Part shown: positions 40,696 to 55,105 of the stretch, one piece after another
How the letters are laid out: the number at the start of each line of letters is the position of its first letter
Position numbering within the stretch: the first letter of the stretch is position 1
DNA from: Eledone cirrhosa
Taxonomy: Eukaryota
Length of the DNA: 64,000 nt
Direction: 5' to 3'
Assembly: GCA_964016885.1 (NCBI GenBank)
Contig: OZ024748.1
Span: forward strand, 18,228,001 to 18,292,000
Translations under genes and position numbers: made by a program
The notes under the pieces: model-generated
Told to the model about the DNA's origin: nothing
Seen by the model: only the letters and a program-made list of their open reading frames with translations
Database searches by the model: none

Positions 40696-41351
40696 AGTAC
40701 CAGCCAGCTAGGGTGTCATTATACCATTAGACCGTATCAAACCATACCATTATGTCCCTTTATGATTTGAGTTCAAATCCCGCCGAGGTTAACTTTGCCT
40801 TTCATCCTTACGGGGTCGATAAAATAAAGTACCAGTAATGTACTGGGTAATTGCTGGCCTTATGCCTAAAATAGAAACAATTATATGGTATGGTTTAATA
40901 CGGTTCTGTAACTCTTGGTGGAATTGTAGGGTCACCGTGTTGACATACGGCGTTTCTTGTACATTTTTAGAACCTAGCGGAGTCCATTCTTCTGACCTGA
41001 GTACAGCAGATTTCTTCCAGAGAAGGAAAGGAAATGAGAAAGTGACAGAGGAAGAATCGACCCCAGTATTTGATTGGTACTTTTTTTATCGACCTCGAAA
41101 TGATGAATGGCAAAGTTGTATGTGTAAATTATGTTATACCCACGTTTGTCTAATATATTCCATAGTGACATCGACCCCGTCATTTTTAGCCAAATGGTTA
41201 AGAAGTTCACTTCGGTATTGTTAGGTCTCGGTTTCTAGTCTGCTGCGTGGCCACTTGGGGAAAGTGTCATTTACCATAACCTCGGGTCGACCCAAGCTTT
41301 GTGAGGGACATTGGGTAGATGGAAACTGTTTGGAAGCCGGTCAAATGGACT

Positions 41352-42360
41352 GGTGAAGATGTAGTGTTAATGGTGGTGGTGGTGGTGGTATAGGATATAG
41401 TGTCAGTGGTGAAGATGTAGTGTTAATGGTGGTGGTATAGGATATAGTGTCAGTGGTGAAGATGTAGTGTTAATGGTGGTGGTATAGGATATAGTGTCAG
41501 TGGTGAAGATGTAGTGTTAATGGTGGTGGTGGTGGTATAGGATATAGTGTCAGTGGTGAAGATGTAGTGTTAATGGTGGTGGTATAGGACATAGTGCCAG
41601 TGGTGAAGATGTAGTGTTAATGGTGGTGGTGGTATAGGATATAGTGTCAGTGGTGAAGATGTAGTGTTAATGGTGGTGGTATAGGATATAGTGTCAGTGG
41701 TGAAGATGTAGTGTTAATGGTGGTGGTGGTATAGGACATAGTGTCAGTGGTGAAGATGTAGTGTTAATGGTGGTGGTGGTATAGGACATAGTGTCAGTGG
41801 TGAAGATGTAGTGTTAATGGTGGTGGTAGTATAGGACATAGTGTCAGTGGTGAAGATGTAGTGTTAATGGTGATGGTATAGGACATAATGTCAGTGGTGA
41901 AGATGTAGTGTTAATGGTGATGGTATAGGACATAGTGTCAGTGGTGAAGATGTAGTGTTAATGGTGGTGGTGGTATAGGACATAGTGTCAGTGGTGAAGG
42001 TGTAGTGTTAATGGTGGTGGTGGTATAGGATATAGTGTCAGTGGTGAAGATGTAGTGTTAATGGTGGTGGTGGTATAGGACATAGTGTCAGTGGTGAAGG
42101 TGTAGTGTTAATGGTGGTGGTGGTGGTATAGGATATAGTGTCAGTGGTGAAGGTGTAGTGTTAATGGTGGTGGTGGTATAGGACATAGTGTCAGTGGTGA
42201 AGGTGTAGTGTTAATGGTGGTGGTGGTGGTATAGGACATAGTGTCAGTGGTGAAGGTGTAGTGTTAATGGTGGTGGTGGTATAGGATATAGTGTCAGTGG
42301 TGAAGGTGTAGTGTTAATGGTGGTGGTGGTATAGGACATAGTGTCAGTGGTGAAGGTGTA
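41352..42360. repeat. 44-53-bp minisatellite, about 21-22 units
   Basis: (GTGGTGAAGATGTAGTGTTAAT(GGT)nATAGGAYATAGTGTCA)n. Confidence 0.97.
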
Positions 42361-42978
42361 GGGCTAATGGTGGTGGAGGGTGTTGTGGCTGTGGTGGTGT
42401 TGATGGTAACGGTATAGGTTGTAGTGCCTGTGATGAAGATGTAGTGTTGATGGTGATAGTACAGGTTGTAGTATGTCTGTGGTGATGCTGTAGTGGTGAG
42501 GTTGTAGTGGTAATAATAGTGCAGAAAGTGTGTAAGGGGGGGGGGGGTGATAACAAGTGATGGTATAGGTGGTGGTGGATGGTATGTTATAGATGGTAGC
42601 ATTGGCAAGATGTTAGTGGTGGTGGTGGTGGTGATGGTGGTAGTGTGACAGGAACTGTAGAAGTGATGGTGATGGTAGTGGTGATGATGATGATGGTGGT
42701 GGTGGTGTGATATATCAAAGTGGGGTGGGTGGGTGATGATGATGGTGGTGGTGTGATATATTAAAGTGGGGTGGGTGAAGATGATGGTGGTGGGGGTGGT
42801 GACGTCAGGGGTGATGTGGTGTCAGGCTGGCAACAGGAGGTGTGTGTGTGTGTGTGTGGCGTAATGAAGGCAACAATTTAGGTGGTGGAGGTGTTTATAT
42901 GAGGATGGTGGTGGGGCTAGTATCGACAGAGGAAGCCGCCACCACCACCGTAATGGTGCAGTTAATATATACACACAC

Positions 42979-43019
<41 letters not shown>

Positions 43020-43954
43020 CATATATATTAAATACATACACCCATACATACATACATTTATATATATATATTAGTAACGAAAACTTTACCATATCACACA
43101 CAGTCTATTTTTCTTCAGAGAAACTAGTCAGGAAGGGGTGATAACAACAACACTAACAACAACTACTACTACTACTACTACTACTACTATTACAAGCAAA
43201 CAAGGCCTCACTGGATCGTGAGTTTGCGCTCGTTGGAAGTTTTTCGATTTAATAATCCTTCAGTTTTATTTTTTCATCCAAGTGTGCTAGGACAAATACT
43301 TGTTTCTACTTTAGGCACAAGGCCAGCAATTACTCAGTGCATTACTGGTACTTTATTTTATCGACCCCGTAAGGATGAAAGGCAAAGTCAACACTGAAAG
43401 GTGTGTGCAGGCGTGTGTGTAAAATAAGGCAAGGCACATAGTGTGCGTATGTGTGTATAAAACGGAGTAGGATAAACGGTGAGTGAGTGAGTGAGTGTGT
43501 GTGGTGTGTGTTTATATATTTATATATTTTCTTTGACTTTATTATTTAATTATTTTCCGACCATCTTCATTCACCGACTGAAGACACTACTCCCCCTCTC
43601 TCTCCTCTCTATCTCTCCCCTAGTTTTCTGCTACTACCACCACACTTACCTTGACACTCTCACCTTTCTCCTTATCCGTCCTTCACCTCCTTCTTCTCAC
43701 CTTAAACCATATATTATTACACCAATAATTCCCCCATTCTCAGCCACTCAACAACTGTTCTTTAACGAAACTCTTACGGTTTGGTTTTAAAAAAGAAAAA
43801 AAAACACACAAACAAACAGGTGGACAAGCCGAGAACTAACCAACTAACCAACCAGCCAGCACAGTACACACACACACACACACTATCGTACATATACAGG
43901 TGGACAAGCCTAGAACCAACCAACCAACCAGCTAGCCAGCACACGCATATATAA

Positions 43955-43990
<36 letters not shown>

Positions 43991-44083
43991 GGGGACTAGC
44001 CGAGAACTACCATCTAAACACAGTTAGCCAGAACAGCACCATTCATCGCATCGGGACTTGAATACATATACACACATACACAC

Positions 44084-44114
<31 letters not shown>

Positions 44115-44756
44115 TATATATATACACACTCACATATACTCTACATTTCGCAGTTTTTTTTTATTTTTTAATCAGCTGACTTTTTCCGGGTCTCACCACC
44201 GCCACCAGTGACCATCTGCACCTTGTTAGCTGTAAACAGACCGACCGACTGACAGATAGACTGACTGATTAGACCGATAATTAGATTAGACTTAAGACAT
44301 ATATAAGACGGACGGAATTTTCTAATTTTCTTTTTCTTTTTAAAGTCCATTAGCCTAGCACCTTGTTGTGAAGAGAAAGATAGAGAGACAAATAATTGTT
44401 TCTACGTTTGGCACAAGGCCAGCAAATATCCAGTGCATTACTGGTACTTTATTAGACAAATAATATATACATATAATAGATAGACTAACAGAGAGATCAG
44501 TAAATAGATAGATAGAGAGAGAGAGGGTGAAAGTGTTAGATGTAATAAGATGGTTGGATGAAAGACATTGGGAAAAATCTACCTGTATTAAGGTAAAGGT
44601 ATATTAACCACCACCACCACCGCCAACAACTACAATAACAACAGTAGTAACAAAGTTGTTTTGGTTCGTAGAGAACGTAAAAAGAAGAAAAATATAAATA
44701 TATATATATATATATATATAATATATATATAAACAAAAAAACAAAACAAATCGATA

Positions 44757-44901
44757 ATGAAGTTGACTAGAATTTTGTTCACTTATGCCCGGCGTATCGC
44801 CGCCAAGAAGATGAAAATTGTGGAGTATGATCCGGTTTTTGAGAGATATGCTTCTTTTAATCCATCCCCGCTGTCTTTGGAGAAGTTTATGGAATTTGGA
44901 G
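44757..44901 (+). CDS. PDK: Pyruvate dehydrogenase kinase, mitochondrial, coding exon 1
   Basis: MKLTRILFTYARRIAAKKMK (basic transit-peptide-like), then YASFNPSPLSLEKFMEFG, which matches the PDK motif FSPSPLSMKQFLDFG. Phase-1 donor G|GTAATT. Confidence 0.92.
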
Positions 44902-44951
44902 GTAATTCGGAACTCTTTGGTGTCTGCCTGTCTATCTAACTACTTTTCTCC

Positions 44952-44987
<36 letters not shown>

Positions 44988-45374
44988 TGTTGAAATTGTT
45001 TGTTTTTATATTTTTTTACACGACTGTATGTAAAATCCCCGGCATGTCTTTGTATTGTCCCCTTTCTTGTTGCGCCCTTGTGGCTAATAAAGAAATCTAT
45101 CTATCTATCTGTCTGTCTGTCTATCTATGTCTTACCACACTGTCTATCTATATCTCTATCTATCTATATAGCTATCTGTATGTCTGTCTATCTAATAATT
45201 TATCTGTTTATCTATATGCCTATGCTATATATGCTTGTTGTTTGTAATATGCATGCCGTGTGTGTGTATGTATATCATGCATGCGTGTGTGTCCGCGCTG
45301 CATGTATATAATTTATGTATCTATATTTATATACTACGTGTATTTGCATATATAATCTGTATCAGATGCGTGCG

Positions 45375-45421
<47 letters not shown>

Positions 45422-45486
45422 GAATAAATGGACAGAGAACAAAAAGCAGAGAGGCAGTACAAATGGCACACAGACACACACACACA

Positions 45487-45556
<70 letters not shown>

Positions 45557-46873
45557 TGACAATGTGTGTGTTTATACAAGGTGATTTTATACATACGAAT
45601 CAATAGGAGAGCCACTATGTAGTCGCTCAGCTTGCTAGAAATAACAGCCAAATCTCCCTCAAATCACATTCTATAGCCTTAAAAAGGAAATTCATGGAGT
45701 GGATAGTATATTTTCGCTTCACACGGCAACAAATTGAATAAATAAATAACATAGGATGAACCAAATAGAAACAAGAGACGAGATGGTCACGGCTGGATCA
45801 AGTCGTTGATGACAGGTTTGGTTGACAGGTTGACCATAGTGCTAAACAAGTTGTTGTGTAGCTTTCTGGCATAGTTCTAAGTATTACGCTGATTCTGACT
45901 AATAATTACGTTGTGGGGTACACATATCTCTGGAATGCTCGGCCACTTGCACAATGATATCCATAGTTGAGAATCGATGGAGGATCCATTTATTCTTATG
46001 TTTGTTTATGTGTATTTATTCGAGGTGCGTAGCCAAGTGATAAGGATGTTGGACTTATGATCATAAAGTTATGGGTTCAATTCCTAGACTGGGTTGTGCT
46101 GTGTTCCTAAACAAATCACTTCATTTAATGTTGCTCCAGGATACTCAGCAATAGCTGGGGATTTAACCCTGCGATGGACTGGCGTCATGTCCAGAGAAGA
46201 GGGGTCTTGTACTCTGTCGTTTCATGCCACGGAAACCAGGATAGGCATCAGCCTGATGAGTCTTATACTCTGTGTCACTTCTCACCACGGAAAAGCACTG
46301 GCTTCAAGGCTCAAGACAGACTTTAACCCTGTGATGGACTGTCCAAAGAGGAGTCTTGTCCTCTCAGTCACTTCATGCCACAGAAACTGGGATAAGCACT
46401 GGCCTCCGAGCTCGAGGCAGACTTTAGATTTATCTATATGCTAAACAGAGTTGAGAGGACTCTTCATTTGTGTCAAGGACACAACAGCATCCTTAGTGCT
46501 GCTTTTTACAATAAAATACACCCTGTTCACTCTGTAAAGTGTTGAGACATATGTAAGAAAGATGTGGATATCTGGTCTCTGAAAGGTTCAGTGGCTCTGA
46601 GATAATTACATATTGATTTGGTCTGTGATAACATGTCAAACCCATGCCAGAGTGGAAGAATGGGCGTTAAAAGATGATGATATATGTGGTGGGTGTCTAT
46701 ATCTACCTGTCTATATGTTAGAAAAATTGGTGGGGTACATATATATGCATGTATTTATTTATATCCTTATGTGGTGGTGTACTTATCATGTTGAGAAAAT
46801 AAGTGGTTAGTGTGTGTGTGTTTATATCCATATATGTGGTGTACATACCTTCATATAGAGAAAGTGGAATATT

Positions 46874-46937
<64 letters not shown>

Positions 46938-47139
46938 AAGATAAATAAACAAATGTAACAAAGCCCTCCTCCCTTCCCAAACTGGTGGTAAAACTGTCTA
47001 TTGGCTGCTATATTATTTTGGTAAACAATCTCTTTGGAATTGAGGAGTTTTTTTGTTTTTTAGAGCCACCACCAATATTCTTTGTTATTATCTAGGTTTC
47101 CACTGTATAGGTAGAGAGAGAGAGAGAGGAGGTCGTTTA

Positions 47140-47610
47140 TAGAGTGTACTGGTTGCATTTTATTTTGGCACCAACACTACATGGGTTGCTATGTCCTCTA
47201 CAAGACTAAATAATCCTCTTTACTTTACATTGTCACTGTGCAGTGGACAACCCCTTTGCAGAATGTACTGGGTGCATTTTATCATGGCAATAGGACTATA
47301 GAGGCTATCATGCCCCTGACAAGACTGGAGAGTCCCCCTTATCTTATGGTATCACTGTGCAATGGTCAACCCCTTTACAGAGTGTAGTGGGTGCATTTTA
47401 TCATGGCAGCAGCACAAGAGAGGCTATCATCCCCCAGACAAGACTGGAGAGTCCCTCTTATCTTAATGGTATCACTGTGAAATAGTCAAATCTTTAACAG
47501 AGTGCACTGGGTGTATTTTATCATGTCAGCAACACTAGAGAGGCTGTGGTGTGTCAACAAGACTGGAGAGTCCTACCTATCTTATGATATCACTCTACAG
47601 AGGTCAATGA
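47140..47610. repeat. Degenerate tandem repeat, about 118 bp x 4 (intronic)
   Basis: Recurrent AGAGTGTACTGGGTGCATTTTATCATGGCA...ACAAGACTGGAGAGTCC...ATCACTGTGCA. Confidence 0.8.
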
Positions 47611-47705
47611 CTTCAGAAAGTGTTAAAAAAGTTAAGTTAAAGCCTATCCCAAGCCATCAGGTTCATCAGGCCAGTGATTATCTTCGGTTTCATTTTTTTT
47701 ATTGC

Positions 47706-49343
47706 CGTTAAGCAACTGTTAGTAAACACCCCCCCCCCCCCCCCCGGACATAACACTAGTCCATTACAGGATTTAACTCCCAGCTACTGCTGCTGATACT
47801 CATTTTCAGCTGAGTGTACTGGAGCAACATGAAATGAAGTGTTTTGTTCAAGAACACAACACAACCCAGTCCAGAAATTGAAACCTCGTTAAGCAACTGT
47901 GGGTACACCCCCCCCCCCCCCCCCCGGACATGACACTAATCCATTACAGGGTTTAACTCCCAGTTATTGCTGCTGATACTCATTTTCAGCTGAGTGTACT
48001 GGAGCAACATGAAATGAAGTGTTTTGTTCAAGAACACAACACAACCCAGTCCAGAAATTGAAACCTCGTTAAGCAACTGTGGGTACACCCCCCCCCCCCC
48101 CCGGACATGACACTAATCCATTACAGGGTTTAACTCCCAGTTATTGCTGCTGATACTCATTTTCAGCTGAGTGTACTGGAGCAACATGAAATGAAGTGTT
48201 TTGTTCAAGAACACAACACAACCCAGTCCAGAAATTGAAACCTCGTTAAGCAACTGTGGGTACAACCCCCCCCCGGACATGACACTAATCCATTACAGGG
48301 TTTAACTCCCAGTTATTGCTGCTGATACTCATTTTCAGCTGAGTGTACTGGAGCAACATGAAATGAAGTGTTTTGTTCAAGAACACAACACAACCCAGTC
48401 CAGAAATTGAAACCTCGTTAAGCAACTGTGGGTACACCCCCCCCCCCCCCCCCGGACATGACACTAATCCATTACAGGGTTTAACTCCCAGTTATTGCTG
48501 CTGATACTCATTTTCAGCTGAGTGTACTGGAGCAACATGAAATGAAGTGTTTTGTTCAAGAACACAACACAACCCAGTCCAGAAATTGAAACCTCGTTAA
48601 GCAACTGTGGGTACACCCCCCCCCCCCCCCCCCCCGGACATGACACTAATCCATTACAGGGTTTAACTCCCAGTTATTGCTGCTGATACTCATTTTCAGC
48701 TGAGTGTACTGGAGCAACATGAAATGAAGTGTTTTGTTCAAGAACACAACACAACCCAGTCCAGAAATTGAAACCTCGTTAAGCAACTGTGGGTACACCC
48801 CCCCCCCCCCCCCCCCCCCCGGACATGACACTAATCCATTACAGGGTTTAACTCCCAGTTATTGCTGCTGATACTCATTTTCAGCTGAGTGTACTGGAGC
48901 AACATGAAATGAAGTGTTTTGTTCAAGAACACAACACAACCCAGTCCAGAAATTGAAACCTCGTTAAGCAACTGTGGGTACAACCCCCCCCCCCCCCCGG
49001 ACATGACACTAATCCATTACAGGGTTTAACTCCCAGTTATTGCTGCTGATACTCATTTTCAGCTGAGTGTACTGGAGCAACATGAAATGAAGTGTTTTGT
49101 TCAAGAACACAACACAACCCAGTCCAGAAATTGAAACCTCGTTAAGCAACTGTGGGTACACCCCCCCCCCCCCCCCCGGACATGACACTAATCCATTACA
49201 GGGTTTAACTCCCAGTTATTGCTGCTGATACTCATTTTCAGCTGAGTGTACTGGAGCAACATGAAATGAAGTGTTTTGTTCAAGAACACAACACAACCCA
49301 GTCCAGAAATTGAAACCTCGTTAAGCAACTGTGGGTACAACCC
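47706..49343 (-). repeat. Tandem array of 9 SINE-B-derived units (172-185 bp)
   Basis: Units start at 47706, 47887, 48067, 48244, 48416, 48595, 48777, 48962 and 49140. They are near-identical except for poly-C length and homologous in reverse to 46073-46200. Confidence 0.95.
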
Positions 49344-49824
49344 ACATGCATTTCTTGTCCAACAGTTTCTATTCATAACCACAAATTTAGAGCCTAAATT
49401 AAAACCATTTATCTTACATTTTTTTAAAAACTTTTCACTAAAAACATTCTCTATTTTTTTTTTCTTTTAAATTACTGTACTAATTTACATAACTATTCTA
49501 GATTAATTATTTTTCTAATTAGTATCTTTCTCTAATGTTTAATGAAGTGCTTAGGGATGGAGTAGAGGGTGGCGGTCGTATAGAATATTTTTAGTTTTTC
49601 TGCCTGGAGCTAAAGAATAAAGGAATTATCTGAAAAAAATGACATGCTGAGATATTGTCCTTGAAAAGATATGGGGTGGAGTGGGGGTTCTATATGGTGT
49701 AAAACGGGGGGAAGGGGGGGGGGGGGGGCTGTAACTTGTAACATACATAGGTACATACATACCTTCCTATCTACATACACACATATACACATATGTTTGT
49801 ACAAACACATGGACATATATACAG

Positions 49825-49867
<43 letters not shown>

Positions 49868-49900
49868 TGCATATTCAGACATACACATACACTCAGGCAT

Positions 49901-49961
<61 letters not shown>

Positions 49962-52730
49962 GTGAAAAATTGAACGGGAACAAAACAGAGAGGCAGTACG
50001 AACAAAGGTTTATTAGTTTCACGCTCTTGAGAGTGGGGTGGTGGTATATATATATAACAGTTTCTGTTCTGTTAGGAATCTGTATCTCTAAGCCATTATG
50101 TGAGTGTCATTACAACTTTAGTGGAGAAGTCAATCAACTCCCATCACCTTTAGTATCACCACCTCCACCCTAACCTCACCACACACACACACACACACAC
50201 TGGCATGTGCATCTTCCTCTCCCTATCTCTCTTCCCACCTCTCTCACCACGCACAGCCATGTGCATCCTCCTATCTATCTTTCTCTTTCTCTCTCCTCCT
50301 ACCACCTCTCTCCCATGTTTCCTCTCTCTCTCTCCTCCCCAACACACATACATTAGCATATTCACCTTTCTATCTATCTATCTATCTCTCCTGCCCCTCT
50401 CCCTAAACCCCTCCATCCACCTCTCTTCCCTATACCCCTCACCACCCACCCCCTATACTATCTACTGAACTCCAAGGGTTTTTCATTGAAATAGCTTCCA
50501 TTTATATATTATATTGTGTGTGTATGTATGCATTTATATCATGTACGTGTGTATGAATGCATGCATATATTTGTGTGTGCGTGTGTCAGTAGATGTGTAT
50601 GTATGCATGTATTTGTGTGTGTACATGCCTGTGTATGTATTCATATTATGTGTTGGTCTGTGTGTGATGGGGATAGTGCACGTGCTTCTGTGTCTATATG
50701 CATACACATGCCTGTATGTGTGTGTAAATGTGTGTGTGTGTAAATATACTTGTTCGTGTTAATCCACATGCCTGTGTGTGGGGGTGGTGCAGTGGTGGGG
50801 TGGTGCAGTGGTGGGGTGTTGCACGTGCTTGTGTGTGTATGTATACATACACATGCTTGTGTGCTCACATTCCTGAATGTGTGCACATGCATGTGTGTGC
50901 ACACACATGCTTTTATGTGTGTGTGTGTACGTGTGTGTGTGTACCTCTATATCTGTATGTGTGCAATCATGAATTTCACATCATGCCACAGTACTATTGA
51001 AGTGTGTGTGTGTGTGTCATGCAATGTCTGTGTGTGATGCGATGTGTGTGTGTGTGTGTCATGCAAAGACAGCTTACAGCATTAACAACTATCATTTGGA
51101 TTATAATGTGTATATGTATGTTTGTGTATGAGTGTGTGTGTGTGTGTATGTGTGTGTGTTTCTTTATAAACCATTGTATTTTCAGGAATGCTCTCAACAT
51201 GATCACTTTTCAACAGTGTACTGTTTTGTATTAACACAATCCCATGTATAATATGTACATAAGTGTATATATATACATGTGTATATATATATGTATGATG
51301 CATTTATGAGTCTATACATCTCTCTCTCTCTCTCTCCATACACATACACACACACACAAACATAAATTCATTTATATATTTTTCTGACATTAATAGCATG
51401 TATATGTACCTATTTGCATGCATGTGTGTGTATTCATATGTATGTGTTCATTTTTCTTACAGCATAGCTATGGTGTTTCAGCAAAGATAGTTTTTAGTAT
51501 GCTAAGCTTCTTCAGAGAAAATAATAATGTGGTATTCTTCTCGCTCATCATATATATAGCTTCTTGGATAGTTGTGAGGTGTGAAAGAGGGAGGAAGGTA
51601 AAGAGAGGGAACAGGGACGAGAGGGAAGTTATTAACTTGAAAGTGTGATGTTAATAGTTAGGGGTACCTGAGTTATTGAAAAGTGATTGAAGTCTGGTTG
51701 ATATTGTTTAAGTTCTAATTTAATCTTGTCACAGGAAAAACTGATTTCTTTTCACCTTTCCGTAACCATTTCTAATGAAATATGCTCTATTTTGATTATT
51801 TAACATAGAATTTTTAGGGATTTATTAAAATTAGTAATTAGTTTATTAATTACGAAGATAATCATTTAACATTTGTTTTTTTTAAAATAAAATTATGCCG
51901 GGAGGAAATTTAAATAGGGACCCCTTTAAAATGGGTGGTTTTGTTTCATAGAAGCAAAGCTGGTGTCTTTGGTTGGGTTGGTATCAACAGGGTTAATAGT
52001 CCCTTCTCCCTTTCTGTAACAACACGTCTCCCTAAGGGCCAGAGTCACCTTTATCACACCTGGTTTCCATTTGTGACAACACCTAACCCAACTGCGGATG
52101 TGAGAGTCACCTTTGTCACACCTGGTTTCCATTTGTGACAACACCTCTCCCTAAGGACCAAACTCAACTGTGGATGGAAGAGTCACCTTTGTTACACATG
52201 GTTCCTAATTAGGTTGACTTCTCTCACTTTACACACTAAAATCCTATGTAAATCAACTCAACAATGAAAAAACTGGAGTGATTTGAAATCTAGTCAGGTT
52301 TACATTTTTGAAAATAACTATCAAAAATGCCAGCAACATCAATACCAACAACAACTTCATCATCAACAACACCACCACCACCAACATCAATAATATCAAC
52401 ACCACCAACTTCACCAACAACACCAGCAACATCAAAAATGCCACCACCACTAACAACAGCATCATCAACAACAGCAGCACCACCAACAACAACATCAACA
52501 CCACCAACAGCATCACTAGCAACACCACCATCACTAACAACAACAACAACAACACCGCCACCACCAACAATAACAACAACACTAGCAACACCCCCACCAC
52601 CAACAACAAGACCACCACCACCAACAACAACTACAATATGGTAATAAAAGAGTTAAAGGTGTTTCTAAAATTCACGAGTGACAATGTCCTGTTGAATATA
52701 TTTCCATAAATCAGTGACTCAACTTTTTAA

Positions 52731-52950
52731 CTCTTTAGTGTTCAAACCGGCCAAAACTGGCCAGAATTCTCTACCTCTTTCTGTTAAAACTGGCTGTAAC
52801 TGGTCGCTCAAACTGATGTTAAGGTATTGTTCTGAAAATAAATACTTTCAAAATCTCATAGATTCGATATTATGTGAGATAATTATGTGAGGTAAAGCCT
52901 TTACCATGAAAATATAATAGTATATATAGAGTAATGTGAATATTAATGGG
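52731..52950. mobile_element. piggyBac-type MITE (TTAA)
   Basis: TTAA-CTCTTTAG...AATGGG-TTAA. Inverted relative to the copies at 53081-53292 and 57244-57420. Confidence 0.7.
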
Positions 52951-54486
52951 TTAAACTCTGTTGATTCCAAACCATTTGAAAACACACCTGTTTTTATATC
53001 ACAAATCTGTTTATTTTAAAAACAAATTTCATCTAGAAACTTCCTATCATAATTTCATATAAGACCCTTTAAGTTATAATCTTAGCGTTTACATTACTCC
53101 ATATTTACTATTGTATTTTCATAGTAAACACTTTAGCTTACATAATTATCTCACATAATATCGAATCTACAAGATTTTGATATTATTTATTTGGGGAACA
53201 ATACCTTAACATAAGTATGAGCAGCTAGTTTGAATAGAAAGAGATGAGAGGATTCTGGCCAGATATGGCTGGTTTAAATGCTAAAGTGTTAATAATGAAA
53301 AATTTAGTTAGATTACTAAATACCGCCTATTTCTTAATGATTTTCATAATTATTTGAAAACAAAAGACAGTGTTTTTCTGGGGTTTTTTTAATTAGAAAT
53401 ATCATAATGAAACGGTTAAAAAGAGAAAGATTTTCCCAAAGTTGAGAGTATTTTTGTTTGAAGCTTTCTAAGTTATCCTTATGTCAGTGACCATTGAGTG
53501 TGATACAATGGAAGCTAGATTCTGACCCAACATGTTCTAAGAAACACAAAAACAGCCGGATGAAACACAAGAAACACATAATGATGAATGTGTGCGTTTC
53601 ATATTGAAAATAACAACAACAACATAGAATAATAATAATACACCAATATTGCACTAATTATAACAATGAGACACTTATTAGCATAATACAATATTAAATA
53701 ACATGTTTGTACACATATGTCTGTATACATACATACATACATATCACTGTACACATAGCTCTGTGTCTGTACACATATATCATGCCTGTACATATATCTG
53801 TTTGTATGAGGGTTGGCTGAGTTCATAGGCTGACCAAGATACTCTCATGGAATGACCAAATGAGTGTTTATTTTTCAACATAGTCCCTGGAAAGAAACAA
53901 TGCAGTTATTAATAAGAAGAGTTGAAATTAATGCATGCAATCAGAGACAATATAGAGTAGAGAGAGAGCACACCATTCAGGTCAAGCCTCTCTAATGCTG
54001 GGGCCCACAATAAAATGTACCCAGTAAAGGGGTTGGCATTAATACAGGTATCCAGCCATAGAAACCATTCCAGATATGGAATATATGAGCAAGATGAGGT
54101 CTCTTCAACCTGCTTAATCAAGGCAGACAATGTCAAAATGATGATGGTGATATGTGTGTGTGTGTGTGTGTCTTCATTCATCAGGAGACTTGAGTATTAA
54201 GTTACACAGAAGTTCTCAATATAAAAAACATACACAAACACATGCATATGTGAGTATCAAGTACCATCAAGGTTTAAGTAGATAAACTCTCAGAAATCAC
54301 TTTGACCCAGATTGCAATTGTTATTGTTGTTGTTTCACCCTTGGGGGAAAGGCATGACTTTCACAACGATATTTATCACAAAGAAAGGAAGGTTCAGGCA
54401 TTTGACTTAGTTTATCTGACTGGTATGTAGGATAGGGAAATATATATATATTTATATATTGTTATACTTTGGGAGGGTCATGTTGC

Positions 54487-54526
<40 letters not shown>

Positions 54527-54918
54527 TACACACACACATCGCTATTTCAGAACACCCACCAAATACGAATATATATATATGTATATATATATATCACACA
54601 CACATATACACATACATACATACATACATATCTATTATTGTTGTTTGTCAGACTGCTAAGTAGTAGGATATAAGGAAATGTCACCACTTGCTATTTAAAC
54701 TGTGATGTGGAGAGACTCTCAGCAACTGATACACACACACACACACACATGCATACACACGCATTCATGGTAATAACTAATACATTCAGAAAATATATAC
54801 CCCAGCCTCCATTTTATTAACATCTAAACTATAATAAAGGGAGGAATGCGGGACAGCGTCCAGAATATATTTTTTTATCCCATTAGTAAAATAAGTTGGA
54901 TTACTTTGAATAAATAAT

Positions 54919-55105
54919 TGTTTCTACTTTAGGCACAAGGCCAGCAATTACCCATTACATTACTGGTACTTTATGTTATCGACCCCGTAAGGATGAAAGG
55001 CAAAGTTAACCTCGGCAGGATTTGAACTCAGAATGGAAAGGGCCGTAATTCTATGCGTCAAAGCATGACGTCCGACCCTCTACCGATACTGCCAATCCAC
55101 CGCCC
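54919..55105 (-). mobile_element. SINE family A, full length, 18-bp TSD
   Basis: TSD TTACTTTGAATAAATAAT at 54901-54918 and 55106-55123. Confidence 0.92.

Noticed and set aside
41352-42360. Periodic 45-50 bp array as possible CRISPR or coding repeat
   Set aside because: Plain minisatellite with variable (GGT)n and no spacers.
46250-46275. CTGATGAG as a hammerhead core
   Set aside because: No stem II closed by GAAA follows. It is part of the SINE-B tail.
47706-49343. Regular array resembling CRISPR
   Set aside because: Whole units are identical with no unique spacers, SINE-derived, in a eukaryotic intron, with no cas genes.
52253-52709. Asn/Thr-rich and Leu/Val-rich ORFs
   Set aside because: (AAC/ACC) low-complexity tract.
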